Both the position numbers and the translations under genes were made by a program. Positions 50,111 through 58,700 of a stretch of DNA of 64,000 nucleotides are shown in pieces. Location: IMG/VR virus record IMGVR_UViG_3300037297_000386; one strand, 5' to 3'. The stretch is from a virus. Its lineage: Duplodnaviria; Caudoviricetes. The notes beneath the pieces are model-generated. The model had not been told where the DNA came from. It made no database searches and was given only the letters and a program-made list of their open reading frames with translations. The stretch's first letter is position 1. Each line of letters begins with the position of its first letter.

Positions 50111-51003
50111 ATTTTTTTAATAATTTTATCGAGTTCATTAGCTTCATTATAAAATCTTTTTTGATCTAATTGATTAGCAATTTTTGTAAGAATATTAATT
50201 ACAAATGTTTGGCTCTTCTTTTCCCTCAACCAATCATACCAGTATTGTTCCTCATTTGTAACACTGGATGGTGGATCCATATACATTTCTTGTTCTGATG
50301 GAGGAATTGTTACGCCCTTTTCTTTTTGTTCTAACCAATCATTAACATCTTTGTCTGGCCAGTTTAGTTTATCATATGTACCGGCTGGAACTGGCCCATG
50401 GCGTTCATCCCATTCTTCACCACCTACTTCTCTATAAGTCTTCTCTATTTCATGTGGATCAGTAGGTACTTCTAATTTTTCATCTGGCATAACACTAAAC
50501 CTACCTATATTTTCTAATTCTTTCATCTTGCGTTCGTCTTCCAAATACTCATATATTTCTTTTTTATGCCTGTTTATAATTTCTGGGAGAGATTTCCCTA
50601 CATTATTTTCAAGAGTCCCTCTTCCTTTAAAAGTTTCATAGGCTATCTCGCCAGTCCATTCATCAGGATCATAATAATCAACAATAATTTTACCCATTGG
50701 ATCGTTTCTAAGAGCTTCGTCTAATAGTTCTTCTGCTTTTTCGGTCATCTCAACATCTACTAAATTTGATTTTTCTTCAATAGCCCATTCTTCTAAGTCT
50801 GTGTCAGAATATTCATTTATAATTCTATTTAAAAATGAGATCCTTCTTTGCCAATCATCATTGTCTAGATTATTATAATCCTCTCGTACTCTTTCCGCTA
50901 ATCCAGGCGAAACTTTGTATTCTTCTTCCTCAAACATAGAGTCGTCTTTATTTGTATCAACTGCTATTTTAACAAATTTATATGTATCCACTGGTATAGG
51001 CAT
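50107..51003 (-). CDS. Acidic protein with C-terminal helical tag, 298 aa
   Basis: FVKIAV; LTKIANQLDQKRFYNEANELD. Confidence 0.75.
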   Translation of the reverse strand: MPIPVDTYKFVKIAVDTNKDDSMFEEEEYKVSPGLAERVREDYNNLDNDDWQRRISFLNRIINEYSDTDLEEWAIEEKSNLVDVEMTEKAEELLDEALRNDPMGKIIVDYYDPDEWTGEIAYETFKGRGTLENNVGKSLPEIINRHKKEIYEYLEDERKMKELENIGRFSVMPDEKLEVPTDPHEIEKTYREVGGEEWDERHGPVPAGTYDKLNWPDKDVNDWLEQKEKGVTIPPSEQEMYMDPPSSVTNEEQYWYDWLREKKSQTFVINILTKIANQLDQKRFYNEANELDKIIKKI

Positions 51004-51020
51004 TTTAAAATCCTTGTGAA

Positions 51021-51953
51021 TTACTTATTTGGACTCTTCGTTTTACTATAGCGCTTGTATATCGAGCTACGTTTGGCATCAGACAGCTGATTGTCCCAGA
51101 TATCTCCAACAATTTCGCTTACACGTTTAGAAGAATAGTCCGGGTTCTTTTTCTTAATTTCGGCAACTTGTTCATTCCACCATTTTTTAGGAGCCTTATG
51201 CTCAGCCCCTTCAGGCTTTTTTTCTCCTGGACCTTTATATGTTTTATACTTAGTTTTCTTTTTAGAAGCTTCTTTCACTAATTCATCAAATTTGTTTGCT
51301 AATGCAGTTTCACCTAATTGATCAAAATAATCTGCAAGAGCAATCATATCATCGGGTTTAATACCAACGCGCTCCGCCATTGATTCCATGACCTTTTCTA
51401 TTTCTTTTGCTTCATTATACATTCCTTTTGTATCAAGTATATATGCTATCTTATACAATGCAACTAATGGACTCATCATAGCCTCCCTACGTTCATTCCT
51501 TTGTTTTAATAAATACAGATGACTTTCATGTAAATCAACCACACCTTGTAATAAATTATCAATCCCATCGGTTAATTCATTATCTTTTTCCATAGATGTT
51601 AAAGCATCAGAAACAATGGAAATAAATTTTTCTTCTGCTTTAATAGATAAAATTGGGAATTTATCTGCTGTATCGGTATCAGATATCAAATTACTTACTA
51701 TATTCGCAGTCATAGCGGTATTTTTATTTGGCCCTATAGAATCCGGGCCAAATATACCTATAGCCTTCTCAGCCACAGAATCTATCTCTTCTTCTATCTC
51801 ATCATATAATCTTTCATACAACAAATGATCTCCATAATAATTATTTCCTGAAGAATGCCAATGCATATGCTCATACATTTCTTCTAAAGCTTCCAAAAAA
51901 GAAAGTATGGTGCTCATATCGTTGGATCCATCTGCTAATACAATTTTAGACAT
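51021..51953 (-). CDS. dps: Dps/ferritin-like protein + two helical tags + HMG-box-like tail, 310 aa
   Basis: HMHWHSSGNNYYGDHLLYERLYDEIEEEIDSVAEK matches the Dps ferroxidase pattern; C-terminal KKKNPDYS...IVGDIW..LSDAKR. Confidence 0.75.
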   Translation of the reverse strand: MSKIVLADGSNDMSTILSFLEALEEMYEHMHWHSSGNNYYGDHLLYERLYDEIEEEIDSVAEKAIGIFGPDSIGPNKNTAMTANIVSNLISDTDTADKFPILSIKAEEKFISIVSDALTSMEKDNELTDGIDNLLQGVVDLHESHLYLLKQRNERREAMMSPLVALYKIAYILDTKGMYNEAKEIEKVMESMAERVGIKPDDMIALADYFDQLGETALANKFDELVKEASKKKTKYKTYKGPGEKKPEGAEHKAPKKWWNEQVAEIKKKNPDYSSKRVSEIVGDIWDNQLSDAKRSSIYKRYSKTKSPNK

Positions 51954-51965
51954 GTTAGTCTCCTA

Positions 51966-52286
51966 TTACATAAAATCCCGGTTTTTTCTATTAAAAATTC
52001 TTTGACCAGTATTCATAACGGTTCGAGAGTGTTCTATCAAGTGGAACCCAGGAGGCCAAAACATTTCAATAGCATCTTCTGAAACATATATTTCATGTTC
52101 TCCATCAGAAGTTGTAAATATTAGAACACCACTATCTTCGTCATATTCTTTAAAAATAACACGCATAAGAGTGCCATTGATGGTTGTAGAATCAGCATAA
52201 GTAATCCATTCGCGATCTATCCCAGTATATAATTCTACTTCCTTGCCTTTAAAACGTTTTTCAAAAAATTTACCAAGCTGTGCCAT
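51966..52286 (-). CDS. Small beta-barrel (Sm/SH3-like?) hypothetical protein, 106 aa
   Basis: FKGKEVELY...GTLMRV..KEYD..GVLIF...IYV pattern. Confidence 0.55.
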   Translation of the reverse strand: MAQLGKFFEKRFKGKEVELYTGIDREWITYADSTTINGTLMRVIFKEYDEDSGVLIFTTSDGEHEIYVSEDAIEMFWPPGFHLIEHSRTVMNTGQRIFNRKNRDFM

Positions 52287-52298
52287 TATTAAGTATCC

Positions 52299-52676
52299 TT
52301 ATAGTTTAAATAATATTTTATCTATTTCACTAGCTTCATCATAAAACCCATTTCGGTCTAAATTATTAGCCAAACTTACAAGATTATTAAATATATTTAA
52401 AGAAGATTGCTTAGGTAAACCAGTACTATCTACCTGAATACCAGGGTATTTTCTTTTTAATGTTCTAATATAATTCCATATTTCTGGCAAAAGGTCTTTT
52501 ATGCTTGAACCGTTAAATTCCTTATAACTTATCATTTCATTTGATTTGGTATCCATTACTACAACACTTACTGTAGCCATATTTAATATTTCATATCCAT
52601 TTACTTTTATTATATATTGTGACATTGTTTCGGCCTTTTTTGGAATTGTTATCATAATATTTTCATTAGATCTCAA
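52299..52676 (-). CDS. Hypothetical protein with C-terminal helical tag, 125 aa
   Basis: LVSLANNLDRNGFYDEASEIDKIL. Confidence 0.75.
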   Translation of the reverse strand: MRSNENIMITIPKKAETMSQYIIKVNGYEILNMATVSVVVMDTKSNEMISYKEFNGSSIKDLLPEIWNYIRTLKRKYPGIQVDSTGLPKQSSLNIFNNLVSLANNLDRNGFYDEASEIDKILFKL

Positions 52677-52774
52677 TATAAATCTAATTATTAGTATAAT
52701 ATTTTCTTTTCAACTGTTTAACTGTTGATTAGCCTTAATTAAATGGCATGTTTATCGGCTGCGATTCACGTACT

Positions 52775-55700
52775 CTAATTTTCATCTTTTTTTATCATCC
52801 ATAACCATTTCTTTCCATCTGTATGAACTAATACATATTTCCCTTTCGCTTTTCCGCTCGATATCTCGAACTCAATTTTTTTATTTGACCAACTAATAGG
52901 TTTGTAATGTCCTTTTTGATAAACTGAAACTTTCCCTGCTCCATATTCCCCAGAAGGTATAGTGTAACTACCTGTATAACTCAAAGGATGTGGTTCTGTG
53001 ATAGTTGCAAGTAATCTTTCTCCCTTTGATGGTAATTTCGCTTTTGGTATCGCCCAACTTTCCAGCACATTATCTTTTTGCAGACGTAAATCAAAATGAG
53101 TCCCAGCTCTATGTGCCTCATGTTTTTGGATAACAAATATATTTTTTCCTTTACCATTTTCTTTTGGCTCTTTCGTTTCATTGAAATTCCGTTTCTTTTT
53201 ATAAACTGATAAAGGATCTTTTGATATTGACTTGGCTCTTTTTGATATATAACGAAAATTTGATTTAAAAGATTGTTTGTCTAATCTCTCAAGATCTTTA
53301 AAACTATTGGCTGTCAAAAAATCTAACAGATTAAATGGACCAACTTCAATGTCATTTGAAGCCAATATGTCTATCTTTTTAATATTTATTATTGGAAGAT
53401 ATGGAACAATATTTTGGACTCGTTTTAAATATAAATCATCAAAAGATGGAACTTGGACTTGCAAATAACCACGCAGTGTTACTAATCTAATCCATCCACG
53501 TTCGAAGGCAATATTATATATTTCATAATAATTCTTATCTGTAATTTCAGGTGCTCCTTCAAAAAGGTCTATATTTTCTGTAATAAATCGTGCATGTTCA
53601 AAAAATCCCACCGGATATAGTTTGTTATCTGGAGAAAGCCACCAAGCATCTGACGTATCCGCTCTTTTTGATATAAATGAATGTATAGATGCCCATTTAG
53701 ACGAAAACATATCATCAAATCCACTTGACGTAATAAACATAGAATATGGAATTTTTATTGGAAAAGCACCAGATGTGCCTTCCCATCTAGATGATGTTCT
53801 ATATTTCATAAATCTTTCTAAATCATCAAAACCACTTGACGCAACAAATATTGAATAAGGTATATTTAGTATATATCCTCCTGGCCAACTAATTTCTACC
53901 GATTTATATATACCTGGCAAATCAACAGATTGAACACGCCTAATATACTTATCTTCTTTAGCTGGGAATTCCAAATCCAAATTATTGTCTGCTTTTACAA
54001 TACGGATCCAATCATTATCAAATGCTATATCATATTCTCCACCAGACATATCTTTAAATAATTCCTTATGCTCATCAACAAAGATAGTATGACCAAATAC
54101 ATCAACTTCATATAATTGCCCGTCAGGAGAAAGCCACCACCCATATGGCAATTTTGCTCTCTTGGAAAGTACTTTTGGAAGTCGAAATGTTTTATTTTTT
54201 CCACAACCCCATATTTCTACTGAATCTATTAACCAGGAGCCTTCTGGAGTTTTTCCGTCATATTTAACTTTTGGAGGTTCCATATATTCTAAAGTTATAT
54301 GAGGACTGTAATTTTCAAAATGATCATCTACATCGATTCCAACGCTAACAAGCCCTTTTTTAAGTTCTTTGTGTAACTTCTTTAATTGTTCGGACAGTAT
54401 TTTTATTTTTGCCACTTTGCATCCATCCGAATGTTTAGTTGCAGGAAAATATGAAACTTTATTATCAAATTCAACAATAAAGGGCATCCATTTTTCTAAA
54501 ATTCTTTCTACAGTTTGTAAAAGCAGATTATGTTGATTATTTTTGACATTTTTACCAATATATAATAATGTTATATGCGGAACACTATTATCATGTTCTC
54601 CAAGTGAAGAAAACTGTTTTGATAAACTTTTTGGTAACACTGCAAATATACCAATTGGTTTCTTTTTAGCACATTTAGATAGCAAATATGTGCCTTCGCT
54701 ACTTGATTTATCTTTAAACAATGGTATAACTTTAGCTAATTCCTCTTGTTCGGATCCCTCTTTGTCGGAAATAATTTTTAACATTTTTTGATGTAAATCT
54801 TGGTCCATCAAAAATGATTGTAATTGTTTAAATGTCTCATAAGGATCTTTACTATTATATTCAAAAACGGTAATATATTGTGATTGATTTGCTTCATCAA
54901 CTATATATCTCAACCGAACAGAAGCATTATAGCCATGTTGTTCAGACACATGGGATCTGGCTTTATCAAGATAATTCCATAAAATATAAACATTTGGCAA
55001 TATTATGATTTTTCCTGACACTATACCATCTTCTTCAGCCGATGGAAACGGGAAAAAGCCAGGTAAATGTGATAATAATTCAAGAATATCATCTGGAATT
55101 CCTGATAAATATAATACAGATGCTACTATTTTATTTGTTTTTCCATTATCTCTAATCGACAAATGATCTCTTGCGTCATCTCCGCCATGACTAATGGGTT
55201 TTTTTATTCCACCATATTTTTCATGCAAAGCATACGGAACTCTAATGTTTCCGTTAGTTTTTAATGTTGTCGTATCTGTACGAACGCCATCACCTTTAAC
55301 TATTCCAGTAGTAAATCCATCAAAATCTTCATTTAAATCTTCGCACATTTCACGAAGTTCATTTCTCAAAGCATCAACATTAGTTTTTTTTGTATGAAAC
55401 TCCACATGATAACCAGTACCACCGCTTTCATAGATAGTAGGCTTGCCATATTTTGATTTAATCTTAGATGTAATTTTCTTTGCATATTTTAATGTTTTTT
55501 CCTTAGAAAAATTACCATGAACATCTAAATCAACAAATCCTAAATCTGTTTTAGATTCAATTACTCTATGAATTGATACCACACGACGATCTACCCAATA
55601 ATTATAATCTTTATTATCAGAAATTATTATCCTTTTATCATTATGATTTCGTTTGAGCACATTTTGGTTTTTACCTGTACCTATAAATAACATTACAGGT

Positions 55701-58700
55701 TTACCTTTTATTTCTGACATTATTTTTGATTTATTTTTTATATAATGATCGCGTATCTGTCTGCGAGTTAATTTTCTATCTTTATCTATCAGCACTTCAT
55801 CCCACTTTGGATCATTTTTTTCTTTTTCGTATTTACCGTCCTCTGATTCTTTTTCAGCACATTTAGATATAAATCTAGCCTCTTTTATCATTGACACAAT
55901 AGGTTCCTTGTACTCATGAGTTTTTTCGTCATATATGTTTTGAGCATCAAATGATTCCAGAAAATGTATTACATCTTCTCTAGATAGTTCTATATTGTGA
56001 GTTGCAGCTTGTGTTTGCCATATCTGAAGTTCTTTATTTATTTGTCCTATCCACTTACCTGGACGTCTATTAAATAAATTTTGCAGATCAAATCCACTAA
56101 TCAAAGGAACTAACGCCGTAGTTGTGGGAACTTTTTCAAATTGGCGTGTAAGATAATCATATCCTTCCATAGGAAAAGTTGGTAGCCATCCTCCTTTATG
56201 AGCTGCGGCATCGGCTAAAGCCACTTGCAAAGCACGTTTCCAGTCATCACCAAATTCTTGTGTAAGTTTCAAAATATTTCTTATTGCTTTTGCTGTAATC
56301 TTAGACGCTTTATCTGGATCTAAATCTACACGTCTAGCGGCATCAATTAAACTTTGTACACGCTTTATATCTTTACCTTTTGTTCCTTTAAGTTTGGTTA
56401 AAATATATTGAGCCGCTTGTATGCTGGAACGTTCATGCCCATGATATGTATTAACAAGTTTGTCTCCCATCTCTTTGACGCCTTGTACGGTAGGATCCAA
56501 TTTTCCAACATCGTGTAATAAAGTGGCCCAATTAAGTATATATCTATCAGCCTTATTTAAATCTTCATTTTTTGTAATTTCATAAATATTATCTAAGGCT
56601 TCCATTAAATGACCCCAAACATTAAATTCATGATGTGGGTTGTTTTGATCTAACTCCCATTCAGAATATTCATCTGGTAGTTGTAGAATTTCAGACCTAT
56701 ACCCTAAATCTTTAATTAATTCGAGGGCTTCACGCGGGCTACGATTCTCACTCATTATTTTTGATAATTCTTCTTGTCTACGTTCCCATGTAATCTTATT
56801 TCTAAATGCTTCCTGAACATCTTTATTTTTAGCTGCTGAGATTATTTCAGGATCTATTTTAAAATCAGGATATCTGTTAGCGAATCTTATTGCCCTTAAC
56901 ACACGTAATGGGTCGTCCAAAAATATTTGTTTAGCATCTATAAGTCTACCAACTTCTTTTTGTTGTTCTTCTGTGACAGTTTTTGGAGTTCGTAATATTT
57001 TATTTTTAATATCGTATATTCCTTGACCAGTAAAATCTTCTATCTTATTAGTATGTATATTATAAAATAAAGAATTAATTGTTAAATCTCTTCTAAATGC
57101 ATCTTTTATAGGAGAATCGGTAATAGTTACTATTGGTTTTCTTGATTCTTCATCATATTCTTCATCTCGCAAATTAACAACATCTATTGATTCTCCAAGC
57201 ATATGTATAACTGCTGTTTCTAAATGTTTTCCCTGTTCTGGTTTAGCAGGAATTAAACCAGCAGTAATATCAATATTATGGATACGTGCATAACGATTAA
57301 TATAATCGACGAATTCTTTACCAGTCATATTATCTATGGCTATATCAATATCTTTGGATTGCCGACCCATTAATTTATCTCGCACCCATCCACCAGCAAC
57401 TCTAATTGTAGTGCCAAGATTAAATTCGTCTACAGCAGATTTTAAAATATTGAAAATTTTTCTTTCCGTAGATGTAAGATTTATTGTATCATTAGCATAC
57501 TTAAGACGTTTCGAAATGTATGCCTTCGGATATTCCCAAAAACTAGGTTTATTACCTATCTCAGAAATATCAAATTGATGCCTCCAGAATTGTCCTCTTT
57601 CTTTATTAATTCGGTGCTCTTCCTTGGTCTTTTCTGATATAGATAGTTCTTTTTCTTTGTCAAAATCAGCTACCATTTTTTTAGCTTCTGGAATTATATC
57701 TTGTATTGCTTCTCTAATAACAGGGCTGGATTTTGCCAAATTCAAAATTTCAATTGGATTGTTTTTAAGTATATTTATAGCAGCTGTGTCAATAGCATGC
57801 TTAAACTCATCCTCTAAAAACAAACCAGAATTAAAATAAAAAGATGGGTTGAAATCTAATAAACGTAATAAGGCGTCTTGATTTACATCTTTTAATTCTG
57901 GCCTACGATAATATTTAAGAACAAAATATTCCTGCGGATGCAACATACTTAATTTAGTAGCTTGTGCAAGAATTAGATGAGGAAATTTTTCCATCAATTT
58001 TTTGTTATTTAAAAATGTACTTGGTTGGATAGCAAGGGCTTCCTCATCAGTATCTGGAAATATATTATTAGCGGCATTCTTATCTCTTAATGAAATTGGT
58101 TTTTCTGGATCATATTTAAACCATTCTGGTTGTTCAAATTCTATTTTATTTGGATCTTTAATGTTATGAGCAGCGCCAGCACTTTCTTCTAAATCTAGAA
58201 TGAGTGATTTTTCAAACCAATTTCCTAACCCATCTTCTTTTCCAAATCCCATATCTAATACTAATTCATCTTCACTATCTGCAATTCCCTGCCCATCAAA
58301 AGACTCATATTGAATAATGCCAAGTTTGTTTATCAAGTCCTCTGGAGGGTTAGAATACAAAAAATCTGCAAATATATTTTGTATTTGTTCATCTTCTATC
58401 GCTGAATAAATTGATGCAAAACGCTGGCGTGAATGTTCACGTACAGCTAATACCGCATCTTCATCAAATCGTGCAGACTCTACACCTACATGTACACACC
58501 CATTACCTTGTTCGATTAATGGTTTACGAAAAGTAACTGGTAGGGCAGGATTATCTGAAACAGCTTTAACTACAGCAGATATATCATATAAATCAGCGCC
58601 AGCTATGTCCAATGCTCTTCCTTTCAGATGTGAATACGGATTATTTGTTTCGGGAGGCCCAACAATATAACCATAATGTCTTTTTAATAACCTTGAAACT

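Noticed and set aside
52775-55855. Complete LigD/Ku NHEJ system
   Set aside because: Only the polymerase and phosphoesterase domains are visible; there is no ATP-dependent ligase domain or Ku in this window.
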